A stretch of 64,000 nt of DNA, taken from the NCBI GenBank assembly GCA_017405875.1, contig JAFQZM010000038.1:89261-153260 (forward strand), written 5' to 3'. The stretch comes from a bacterium (GTDB lineage: Bacteria; UBP6; UBA1177). The position numbers and the translations under genes were made by a program. The notes beneath the pieces are model-generated. The model was not told the DNA's origin. It was given only the letters and a program-made list of their open reading frames with translations, and ran no database searches. Positions within the stretch are counted from its first letter, which is position 1. Each line of letters opens with the position of its first letter. Positions 55,201 to 63,143 of this stretch are shown here, in pieces.

Positions 55201-55391
55201 ACAACCAGATCGCGCTCAACGGTATGAACTCGATCAACGTAACGGCTAAATCAATGTACTGGGAAGCTTACGGAAAGAGAGAGACCGACAAAGCGAAAGC
55301 TAAAGAGATCTTCACGCTTCTCATCAAAACTCTGATGCCTTCGAATGAATTCTTCCTTAAGGCGAAAACCGCTCTCGAAGAGCTTGAATAA
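52239..55391 (+). CDS. Secreted TPR/coiled-coil protein with ~650-aa charged coil
   Basis: TTG start after GGAGG; signal peptide; CGENLGC; TPR-like helices on both sides of a K/E/D/Q-rich coil. Confidence 0.8.
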   Translation: MKSLKVLFSLFVVFMTFSVFAGTASVFPMAAIEGDRLAADDIDTSIEEVIDDVKGADAAMFTDSLGTKAKKELAKCGENLGCQKKFISKAKKKSDFYIFSKMKFVKKSGKTIIETYLIDGEGSNLGKEKVNFDKGASTEKIASKLVKVWSKMLASNSVAKSEPEEEEEEEPVKPAKKSYGKGADSAIKEALEAYASGDLKAADKALDGAAEIDVKAKELKKNIAEIAKYIQKANASIKAKNYDEAIPIIAKAENLDEAILEMGSSSKYRVYKKDSVERVVYSDPSEKDVRMVDTIHSRFEKQREKLRKEKAKTVTETETWLNTRILEREAKLKKYDEDSKAAKQQKDTEYKELSERIKAMKYQWEKDDSEIEQKIVELENKLTLFEQREKGVTKGSNALSAQYEKEMAKEMADTDKKYGDILKKMRDEKEARYKKQDDEIEAGNKKTEAAILALEAKKKANSDKISELDKKMTAEQEKFDENEKQIMSKNEEIKMKNEDEDRKYKVEVEKEYQAKFDDLNKKLQDYDAQESEEREKLKKYDAATEEYMFKNAEVMQKYQEEIEKERATVEAECAKNKESASADAEKAYTEELEKLNKEKADIEAKIAEKETPALKKQLAAAEKKISKHEGGKDAFVAKKMAAVEQECENKSMAVDMKLAQKSDELNKDNTKYQKNQQAEKKKAEANFKAFQQRKDAFKKNIDSQISAAQKERDRKIEAREKERSKQSETWNKEAAARQKDLENKQRADKNAKDRLVKENEGIDANIAITNAKWADKSDDIKIKNQTENQKYEKTWQEKYDKTDAEYKEKKEAIENKYAQKQVDDKDAQKKQKEQWEEEVQKLNEEKQRRKEERQAILADEQAKWKEKNEKWEEEEAQRKEEKAQFSKDLKKLAAEDKKDAQAKKKEADQKYEEGMKEIDEKELEQVRAKFKEEYKVTKSREVVDVKGSEDIYKLKADAFAKSGLSKLNEKDLIGARRAFAEALRIDRNNQIALNGMNSINVTAKSMYWEAYGKRETDKAKAKEIFTLLIKTLMPSNEFFLKAKTALEELE

Positions 55392-55401
55392 GAGGTGAAA
55401 A

Positions 55402-55812
55402 ATGCAGAATGTAATAATCAAAGGGCAGTATAAAGGCGGGCTTCGCAACGAGATGACCCACCTTAAATCGAACAACACCATTATGACAGACGCTCCGACC
55501 GACAACCACGGCAAGGGCGAAGCTTTTTCGCCGACCGATCTTGTCTGCGGTGCACTTGCTGCGTGCATGATGACGATCATGGGGATCACTGCTCAGACTC
55601 ACGAATTCGATATCGACGGTGCTACATACGAAGTTCAAAAGACGATGGCAACAGAACCGCGCCGTGTAGGACAGATCGATATAGTCTTCAATTTCCCGCG
55701 TCACGACTACACCGACAAACAGAAGGCAATGCTCAAAGCTGCGGCAGACACCTGTCCTGTCGCAAAGACGCTGAGCAGCGAAGTAGTCGTAAACATCACA
55801 ATGAATTTCTAA
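55402..55812 (+). CDS. OsmC/Ohr family protein
   Basis: FSPTDLVCGALAAC and CPV. Confidence 0.9.
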   Translation: MQNVIIKGQYKGGLRNEMTHLKSNNTIMTDAPTDNHGKGEAFSPTDLVCGALAACMMTIMGITAQTHEFDIDGATYEVQKTMATEPRRVGQIDIVFNFPRHDYTDKQKAMLKAAADTCPVAKTLSSEVVVNITMNF

Positions 55813-55861
55813 TCTTCAAAAATTTTCTTGAAAATCAGTGTATAACACTCGTCTTGATTCG

Positions 55862-55896
55862 TTCCCTCGCCATAATGGAGAGGGATAGGGTCAGGT
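55862..55896 (+). repeat. BoxC-like palindromic element
   Basis: TTCCCTCGCCATAATGGGAGAGGGATAGGGTCAGG: a TCCCTC/GAGGGA hairpin plus purine-rich tail, between the convergent OsmC-family gene and tdk. Confidence 0.45.
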
Positions 55897-55900
55897 CAAA

Positions 55901-56488
55901 TTATTCTTGTTTGTTGCCGAGATTTCCTTCAGCCCAGTGCTTTCTGCAGAGTGCGACGTAGCTTTCGTTGCCGCCGAGCATGACCTGCTCTCCCTCTTTT
56001 ACGACTTTGCCGTCAACGACTCTCGCGTTCATGATCGCTTTTTTAGAACACCAGCAGACGGTTTTGATCTCTTCGATCGTGTCTGCCATGGCAAGGAGAC
56101 GTTCGCTTCCGGGGAAAAGGTTGCCTGCAAAATCGGCGCGCAGACCGTATGCGATGACCGGAATATTGAGTTCATCGACTACGCGGCAGAGCTGCATTAC
56201 CTGTTTGGATGTGAGGAACTGCGCTTCGTCTATTATCACGCAGTTGATTTTTGTTGAGTCGTTCATTATGCTGACAGTTTCAAATGCATCGTCGTCAGGG
56301 CTTAGGATATAGGCCTTTTTTGCGAGACCGACTCTGCTTTTTACTATGTCGATGCCGTCGCGGGTATCGATTGAAGGCTTGAAAATGACGGCGTTCTGGT
56401 TTCTCTCGAAGTAGTTGTATTCGACCATGAGGGCGTTTGAAGTTTTGCTTGCCCCCATTGCACCGTATCTGAAGTAAAGTTTAGCCAT
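55901..56488 (-). CDS. tdk: Thymidine kinase
   Basis: YGAMGASKT, IIDEAQF, YGLRADF, Zn site CWC..YVALCRKH. Confidence 0.95.
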   Translation of the reverse strand: MAKLYFRYGAMGASKTSNALMVEYNYFERNQNAVIFKPSIDTRDGIDIVKSRVGLAKKAYILSPDDDAFETVSIMNDSTKINCVIIDEAQFLTSKQVMQLCRVVDELNIPVIAYGLRADFAGNLFPGSERLLAMADTIEEIKTVCWCSKKAIMNARVVDGKVVKEGEQVMLGGNESYVALCRKHWAEGNLGNKQE

Positions 56489-56503
56489 AAATCAGCCTTT
56501 TGA

Positions 56504-57259
56504 TCAGTCGATAGTGTTCCATTCCAAAGGTTCGAGTTTATAGCATTTTCCGTTTTCGACTTCGTTGTAGACGCCGTTCTCTTCATCAATTAAAAGTTCG
56601 TAAAAAAGGATTTCTGTCGTGTTGATTTTCAATTTCGTATAGTCATCTGGGTCAACATCTTCAATGTGGAACGAGCCTCTTTTTGCGATATAGTTCTTTT
56701 TAAACCACCACATGCTTGCATCAAAGTCGTTGTACAGGAAAACGAGGGTGCCGTCTTCTTTGTTAGGATCGAGATCTTGCAGAGAAATAGTTTCGCCTTT
56801 GAGTTCGGTAACGTTTTTGGTGAAATAAGCCTCGATGAAAAACAGTGGCGGTGTATCGTCTGCATAAGTTTCCGAATCGTAAAGCCAGATATCGATTTCA
56901 TTGACATCCATCTTTCGAACGTCTTTCGATTTGTAAACAACTGTTTCGCAGTTGCTGTCGTCGATGACTTCGGTGTTGTCGCCTGTATCGGTGTTGTCCG
57001 CATCATCTGTCGTATCTCCCGTATCGGTTACTTCCTCATCACTGGTCGAATCGCTGTCATCAGGCAAACCAGGTGTGTTGTTTTCTTCATCGTTTGAGGA
57101 ATCGGTGTCGGTTTTCTCTTCATCTGCTGCTAAATCGCCGGTGTCGCTGTCAGAATCGGTAACGGTGTCGCCGGTATCGGTTTCGTCTTCGCTGTCACCG
57201 CAGGAAACAAAAATCATCATTGATAAAACCAAAAGTGAAATTACGAAAAACTTTTTCAT
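56504..57259 (-). CDS. Lipoprotein with D/T/G stalk and unnamed beta head domain
   Basis: Lipobox FVSC; DTGD repeats; head homologous to 21610-22644. Confidence 0.75.
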   Translation of the reverse strand: MKKFFVISLLVLSMMIFVSCGDSEDETDTGDTVTDSDSDTGDLAADEEKTDTDSSNDEENNTPGLPDDSDSTSDEEVTDTGDTTDDADNTDTGDNTEVIDDSNCETVVYKSKDVRKMDVNEIDIWLYDSETYADDTPPLFFIEAYFTKNVTELKGETISLQDLDPNKEDGTLVFLYNDFDASMWWFKKNYIAKRGSFHIEDVDPDDYTKLKINTTEILFYELLIDEENGVYNEVENGKCYKLEPLEWNTID

Positions 57260-57452
57260 AAGAGCCTCCCAAAAAAATTGAACAAATAAAACCGCCCCAT
57301 TATACGGATATTGCGAAAAAAAACCAGATTGGGGGAGTTTCCGTTATTTTGCTTGTAAAAAACGATAAAAATGTAAGTTTTTCGGATTGACAAATGCAAT
57401 ATCGAAATTATATTAGCGGCGGCGAATTTATTGTTTTTTAGGAGTTTTTAAA

Positions 57453-58643
57453 ATGACACACAGAATATACTTCGACAACAGTGCAACGACACCTGTCAGA
57501 AAAGAAGTTGTCGATGAAATCATGCCGTTTTTGACTGAACTCGGCGGCAATCCTTCGAGCAGACACTACGAAGGCAGAGTCGTAAGAACGGCGGTAGAAG
57601 CTGCAAGGGCGAAAGTTGCAGCTGCCATCAATGCAGATCCGTCTGAAATCTACTTCAATTCATGTGCAAGCGAAGGCAACAACACCGTTCTGCGCGGCTA
57701 CATGATGGGGCTCGGCAAAAACGCTACGAAAAACCACATCATAACGACTGCTGTCGAGCATCCGAGCATTTTCAACACCGCTGCGGCACTTGAAAAAGAA
57801 GGCTTCGAGGTTACTTATCTTCCCGTTGACGAGAAGGGGAACCTCAACCTCGACGATCTCAGCAAGGCGATAAAGGAAAACACCGGCCTTATTTCGACTA
57901 TGTTCGTAAACAACGAGATCGGAAATATCTATCCGGTCGAAGAAATCGGCAAAATTGCCCATGAGCACAACATTCTTTTCCATGTTGACGCGGTTCAGGC
58001 AGTAGGCAAAATCCATGTCGATGTTAAAAAAATCGGCTGCGATTTTCTGACGGTTTCGGCACATAAATTCTACGGTTTGAAAGGTGTCGGTGCTCTTTTT
58101 GTTAAACGCGGAAGAGTGCTCAAAAACCTTCTTACCGGCGGTCATCAGGAAAAGGGAAAAAGACCGGGAACAGAAAATGTTGTCGGCATAATCGGCATGG
58201 GAAAGGCAATAGAACTTGCAGTTGCAGAGCTTGATGATGAAGCAAAAAGAGTTTCGGCTTTAAGAGACCGCCTCGAAAAGAGAGTTCTTGAAGAGATTCC
58301 TTACACGAGAGTTGTCGGAGATCCGTCACACAGAGTTCCGACACTTTCCAACATTTCGTTCAGATTCGTTGAAGGCGAGGGGATTCTGCTTAAACTCGAC
58401 ACCGAAGGAATCGCGGTTTCCACCGGTTCGGCATGTTCTTCAAGCGATCTTAAAGCGAGCCACGTCATCACCGCTATGCACGGAGATCCGGAAGAGGCTC
58501 ATTCGAGCATCCGTTTCTCGCTTGGAAAATATTCGACGGTCGAAGATGTAGACTACACCGTAGAAACTTTGAAAAATACAATTTCGCTGCTTCGCAGTTT
58601 TTCACCGATTTACGATGAATTTGTGAACAAAAACAAACACTAA
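57453..58643 (+). CDS. iscS: Cysteine desulfurase (IscS/NifS type)
   Basis: YFDNSATT, PLP Lys in SAHKFYGLKG, catalytic STGSACSS. Confidence 0.95.
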   Translation: MTHRIYFDNSATTPVRKEVVDEIMPFLTELGGNPSSRHYEGRVVRTAVEAARAKVAAAINADPSEIYFNSCASEGNNTVLRGYMMGLGKNATKNHIITTAVEHPSIFNTAAALEKEGFEVTYLPVDEKGNLNLDDLSKAIKENTGLISTMFVNNEIGNIYPVEEIGKIAHEHNILFHVDAVQAVGKIHVDVKKIGCDFLTVSAHKFYGLKGVGALFVKRGRVLKNLLTGGHQEKGKRPGTENVVGIIGMGKAIELAVAELDDEAKRVSALRDRLEKRVLEEIPYTRVVGDPSHRVPTLSNISFRFVEGEGILLKLDTEGIAVSTGSACSSSDLKASHVITAMHGDPEEAHSSIRFSLGKYSTVEDVDYTVETLKNTISLLRSFSPIYDEFVNKNKH

Positions 58644-58657
58644 GATAGGAGAAAATC

Positions 58658-59038
58658 ATGAATTACACAGAAAAAGTTATGGATCATTTCCTTCATCCGC
58701 GCAACATCGGCAAAATCGAAAATCCCAATGCGATTGCCGAGGTCGGAAACGCTCAGTGCGGCGATATCATCAAACTCTTTTTGCGCATCAATCCTGAAGG
58801 GATAATCGAAGACATCTCTTTCGAGACTTTCGGCTGCGGCGCTGCGATCGCAACTTCTTCAATGACGACAGAAATGGTCAAGGGAAAGCACATTGACGAA
58901 GCACTTCTCGTTACGAGAGATGTCGTTGCAGAAGAGCTCGGCGGTCTTCCTGCAAGCAAAATGCACTGTTCGAACCTTGCTTCCGAAGCTCTGCACAAAG
59001 CAATCAACGAATACAAGGCGAAGTACAATCTCAAATAG
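58658..59038 (+). CDS. iscU: Fe-S scaffold (IscU/NifU N-terminal type)
   Basis: HFLHPRN, CGD, FGCGAAIA, LPASKMHCS. Confidence 0.93.
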   Translation: MNYTEKVMDHFLHPRNIGKIENPNAIAEVGNAQCGDIIKLFLRINPEGIIEDISFETFGCGAAIATSSMTTEMVKGKHIDEALLVTRDVVAEELGGLPASKMHCSNLASEALHKAINEYKAKYNLK

Positions 59039-59053
59039 CAAAAGTTCTTTTTT

Positions 59054-60178
59054 ATGGATCTTTTGAAAAAGCTCTCTTTTTTATTCTTTTTTCTCACATT
59101 TGTTTTTCCTGTTTATGCTTTCGATGTCGACGAACTTCTTGACGGTGATGGTCTGTCGAGCGGTTTTACACATTTTTTGAGAATCGGGATAAAAACCGAC
59201 GTCGTGTCATTTTCGCTTGAAGGCGATGCAAAAGTTTTTGATAAGAAAGAACGCGCCGTAGGAGAAATCCAGGGGCGTGTGACTGTTTCGGCGGCGCAGG
59301 GCGGTATAAAGGTCGGCAGTAAAGTTTTCAACGGGGATATGGTGAAATTCACATCAGAACTCATTCCGCTCAAATTCGAAGGGAGAATGTTCCGAGGCGA
59401 GATCGAAGTTTACGTCAAAAACTCAAAACTCATCGTTGTCAACAAGCTCGATATCGAAGATTACGTCAAAGGGGTAATCAACAAAGAGGCGATTCCGTCA
59501 TGGCCGGTCGAAGCGAAGAAAACTCAGGCGGTTCTGGCGAGAACTTTTGCGGTTTACCAGAAAATGTTCAACCCGAGAAGCGAGTTTTTCGACCTTGCGC
59601 CGACGGTTTTGGATCAGGTTTACGACGGCCTCGGAAAAGAGGATGTCACTTCAGTCGAAGCGGTTAACGCAACGAGAGGCGAAGTTATAACGCTTGGCAA
59701 CGATCCTGCGAAAATTTACTTTCATTCGACCTGCGGAGGAACGATTTCGAGTTCTGCTGAAATCTGGAAAAAGGATGAGCCTCATTTGCAGGAGCTTAAG
59801 TGCCCTTACTGCACGAAGTCGTCGCTTTACCGCTGGAAAAGAAACCTTAAGGCTGCCGAAATCGCGAAAAAACTGGGCGTAAAGTCAATAAAGTCGATTT
59901 CGACTGTCAGAGGCAGAACGAGAGTCGAATCAGTTGTTGTTGACGGTAAAAAATTTCCGGTCAACAAATTCAGAGAGCTTGTCGGTTTTTCAGTGATCTG
60001 GTCAAACGATTTCACAGTTACGAAAAGCGGCGCGAATTTCGTTTTTTCAGGCAAAGGTGCGGGGCACGGCGTCGGCGTCTGTCAGTGGGGCATGGCCGGC
60101 ATGGCTGCACAGGGGAAAAACCACTACGAAATCCTGAAATTCTACCTCAAAGGAATCGAAATCAGAAAAATGTATTAG
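59054..60178 (+). CDS. SpoIID/LytB-family lytic transglycosylase
   Basis: YVKGVINKE..WPVEAKKTQAVLARTFA, DQVYDG, FHSTCGG, GHGVGVCQWG. Confidence 0.92.
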   Translation: MDLLKKLSFLFFFLTFVFPVYAFDVDELLDGDGLSSGFTHFLRIGIKTDVVSFSLEGDAKVFDKKERAVGEIQGRVTVSAAQGGIKVGSKVFNGDMVKFTSELIPLKFEGRMFRGEIEVYVKNSKLIVVNKLDIEDYVKGVINKEAIPSWPVEAKKTQAVLARTFAVYQKMFNPRSEFFDLAPTVLDQVYDGLGKEDVTSVEAVNATRGEVITLGNDPAKIYFHSTCGGTISSSAEIWKKDEPHLQELKCPYCTKSSLYRWKRNLKAAEIAKKLGVKSIKSISTVRGRTRVESVVVDGKKFPVNKFRELVGFSVIWSNDFTVTKSGANFVFSGKGAGHGVGVCQWGMAGMAAQGKNHYEILKFYLKGIEIRKMY

Positions 60179-60191
60179 CCGCCGTCTTGCC
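60178..60191 (+). repeat. REP-like repeat, truncated copy 4
   Basis: GCCGCCGTCTTGCC directly at the spoIID stop matches the 5' part of copies 2 and 3. Confidence 0.35.
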
Positions 60192-60253
60192 TTTTTTAAG
60201 CTTTCTCTTAAAATCGTCCGGTTTTTGATTTTTGTTAATCAGAGGAGTTTCAA

Positions 60254-61708
60254 ATGAAAAAAGTTTTAACGATTTCAGTTTTTGCTGCTTGTCTCGTTTC
60301 GTTCGCTTCGTGCGGAAGCAGCGGTGAGGGCGGCGGTGAAAGTTTTTACGGTCCACAGTGCGGCAACGGCAAAATCGAATCCGGCGAAGTGTGCGACGGT
60401 GATGTAACCTGCGGTGAAGCGGGACATTTCTGGCCGGAAGGCAAAGCAACCTGCAATTCTGACTGTTCTGCTTACGATACCAGCAAATGTGTGGCTCGGG
60501 ATCCTAGCGATAAATGCGGAAACGGGCAGATTGACAGCGGCGAATCCTGCGAACAGGGCGACACTAAACCGTGTTCCGAGCTTTCAGACAACTTTACTCA
60601 GGGCGATGCAAAGTGCAAAAGAGACTGCCGCGGATGGAATCCGGAAGATTGTTCTAACGGTGGAAAGGTCAAACCTTGTTCTCTGATTTTTGAATGCGTA
60701 AGAAAATGCGCCGATTCTTCCTGCGAAGCTGACTGCAAAGCGGCCGGAACAGATCAGGGTGCCGCTCTTTATGCTGACCTTGAAACATGTGCGGCTGCAT
60801 GCGGCGGCGTTACGGACGAAGATTGCCTCATAAACAACTGCTACAACGAATATTATACATGCAATCCTAGTAAAAAATGCGGAAATAAGGTGCTTGACGA
60901 AGGCGAATTGTGCGAAAAGAAAGATACCAAGCCCTGTCAGGAACTCAACACGGATAGTAAGCAGTATCAGCCGGTAAACGAAGCTGTCTGCAACTCTTCA
61001 TGCACAGGTTGGGATACATTTTCCTGCGTTGATATCAATGCTCTCACCTGCTATCAGGTTTTTGAATGTGTTCAGGAGTGCAGCGATTCAGAGTGTGAAG
61101 CGGCCTGCGTTTCAAAAACCTGGGCAGAAGCAAAGAGTATATACGACACAATGATGGCTTGTCTCGACAAGAACTGTCCGGTAATCACTGATGAGTGCAT
61201 GAACGAGTTCTGCAAATTCCAGACTGATTCATGCAAGACTCATCTGACCTGCGGAAACGGCATCGTTGATAAACAGTATGAAGTTTGTGATACCAAAGAT
61301 GAAAATGCAGGATTTATAGATTGCGGCGAAATAAAGGATGAAAAAGGCGAATCTATGTATGAAGCTGGAACCGGAACAGCTTTCTGCGGACCAAAGTGCA
61401 CCACATTTGAGACCGATTTGTGTTACAGATTCTGCAGCTGTGCTGAAGTTCAGAAGTGCATAGAGCAGGAATGCGGCGGTTATCCGAAAAGCAACGCCGA
61501 AAATACCGATGAAAAGATTGCCTGCATGGAAACATGCGAAAGCTGGGGAACTTATGTAGGAAAGGGCGATACGGCAGGTTACCGCAGATATATGGAAGCT
61601 TGTTCCGATGATAACGGAGCTACGGCTTGGGATTCAGATGCATGCCGTCAGCAGTTAAGTTCAGACTGCAGCGATACCGATACAAACGACCCCAGATGTC
61701 CTTACTAA
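60254..61708 (+). CDS. Modular Cys-rich lipoprotein (myxobacterial CGNG repeats alternating with helical CxxxC modules)
   Basis: Lipobox FASC; 56 Cys in 484 aa counted; CGNG..E.C units x4. Confidence 0.8.
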   Translation: MKKVLTISVFAACLVSFASCGSSGEGGGESFYGPQCGNGKIESGEVCDGDVTCGEAGHFWPEGKATCNSDCSAYDTSKCVARDPSDKCGNGQIDSGESCEQGDTKPCSELSDNFTQGDAKCKRDCRGWNPEDCSNGGKVKPCSLIFECVRKCADSSCEADCKAAGTDQGAALYADLETCAAACGGVTDEDCLINNCYNEYYTCNPSKKCGNKVLDEGELCEKKDTKPCQELNTDSKQYQPVNEAVCNSSCTGWDTFSCVDINALTCYQVFECVQECSDSECEAACVSKTWAEAKSIYDTMMACLDKNCPVITDECMNEFCKFQTDSCKTHLTCGNGIVDKQYEVCDTKDENAGFIDCGEIKDEKGESMYEAGTGTAFCGPKCTTFETDLCYRFCSCAEVQKCIEQECGGYPKSNAENTDEKIACMETCESWGTYVGKGDTAGYRRYMEACSDDNGATAWDSDACRQQLSSDCSDTDTNDPRCPY

Positions 61709-61784
61709 AATAAAATCCGATATTTCTCAGATAAATTCTTTTTAGATTTATTCCACACCGAGCTATAGTGGTAAAATAAAATTT

Positions 61785-63122
61785 TCAATCAAGAAGAAAA
61801 GCCATGTAGTAGGGCAGCGTGATTTTTCCGCCTGAAATTCCGATGTTGTTTTCAGAAAGTTTATAGCAGGTTTTGACTTCATACTGCGGGTTTTTGAGGA
61901 TCGTGTTTGCCGATTTTGTGTTGCCGTCTGTGGCTTTGACCTCGATCAAAGCGATTTCTCCGCCGATTTTTGTAACAAAATCCACTTCAAGTCCGGAGTC
62001 TTTGTGAAAGTAGTAAAGCGGTCTGGACTCTTTTGAAAAACAGTCTGCGATTATGTTTTCAAAAACCGCGCCTTTATAAATTCCGAGTTCGCCGCTGAGT
62101 ATTTTTGACGCGCTTCCTTTTTCGAGCATCGCAGTAAAAAGCCCTGAATCCTGCATGTAAAGTTTGAATACGGAATCGATCTTGTTGCCTTCAAGAGGTT
62201 CCGAAATATTTGAAAGGTTGTAACAGATATTGATTATTCCGCAGTCATAGAGCCACTGTATCGCAGCCTGATATTTTTCGGAACGACCGTGTTTGTCAAT
62301 GTCGGCATAGATAAATTTTTTGTTTTCTTTGGAAAGCTGGGCGGGAATCGAATCAAAAACGCGGTTTATTCTGGCTAACAGCGAAAAATCAGTTTTTTCA
62401 TTTTCGTTCTCATCCAGATGTTTGCCAAAATCATCTTTGTATTCCTCAATAATATCACGCTGTTCCCTGTAAACGACATTCATGTCGCCTGTTTTGATGA
62501 AACGGTCTACAATGTAGGGAAGTCCGCCCACGCACAGATATTCCTTGAAGTAGCGCAGCATTGCCTTATGAGTCGCTTCGCTGACCGGAGTTTTGTTTTT
62601 CAGGCACTCTTTCAGATAATCTATGACTTTTTCATCAACACCTTTTACCCATAAAAATTCCTCAAAATCCATCGGTTTCATATATATGATGCGTTCAAAA
62701 CCGGTCGGAATCCCGCGTCCGCTTTTTTTGTTGTAACCTTTTATGCCGAGAAGCGATCCTGTTGCGATAATGTCGTATCTTCCGTCCTCCATAAACGGTT
62801 TTATGCTTGCTCTCGCGTTGGAACACTCCTGAATTTCGTCAAAAATAATCACCGTTTTTCCCGGTTCGAAGCGCGACTTTGGGAAAAGTGCGGAAATATC
62901 GACAGTTATGCGGTCAATATTCAGATCACTGTCAAAGATTTTTCTCGCAGAATCGTTTTCCTTGAAATTGATGTAGATCACATTTTTGTACTCAGCTTTT
63001 GCAAATTCCAGCACACTGTAAGTTTTGCCTATCTGCCGCATACCTTTTACGACAAGTGCTTTCTTTTTGCCGCCTGAATTCTTCCAATCCTTGAAATCAT
63101 TCATAATTTTTCGTCTATACAT
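61785..63122 (-). CDS. AAA_14-type ATPase with DUF4143 / PD-(D/E)xK-like C-terminus
   Basis: Walker A GMRQIGKT, Walker B IIFDEIQ, IATGS, EEYKDDF, EVDFV..IEVKA. ATG 63122 has a GGAGG RBS. Confidence 0.88.
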   Translation of the reverse strand: MYRRKIMNDFKDWKNSGGKKKALVVKGMRQIGKTYSVLEFAKAEYKNVIYINFKENDSARKIFDSDLNIDRITVDISALFPKSRFEPGKTVIIFDEIQECSNARASIKPFMEDGRYDIIATGSLLGIKGYNKKSGRGIPTGFERIIYMKPMDFEEFLWVKGVDEKVIDYLKECLKNKTPVSEATHKAMLRYFKEYLCVGGLPYIVDRFIKTGDMNVVYREQRDIIEEYKDDFGKHLDENENEKTDFSLLARINRVFDSIPAQLSKENKKFIYADIDKHGRSEKYQAAIQWLYDCGIINICYNLSNISEPLEGNKIDSVFKLYMQDSGLFTAMLEKGSASKILSGELGIYKGAVFENIIADCFSKESRPLYYFHKDSGLEVDFVTKIGGEIALIEVKATDGNTKSANTILKNPQYEVKTCYKLSENNIGISGGKITLPYYMAFLLD

Positions 63123-63143
63123 ATCCGCCTCCAATGCTTGAAA

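Noticed and set aside
57415-57424. GCGGCGGCG upstream of iscS as another repeat copy
   Set aside because: It lacks the TCTTG/TATTACGA core and lies just after a -10 element, so it is better explained as a GC-rich discriminator.
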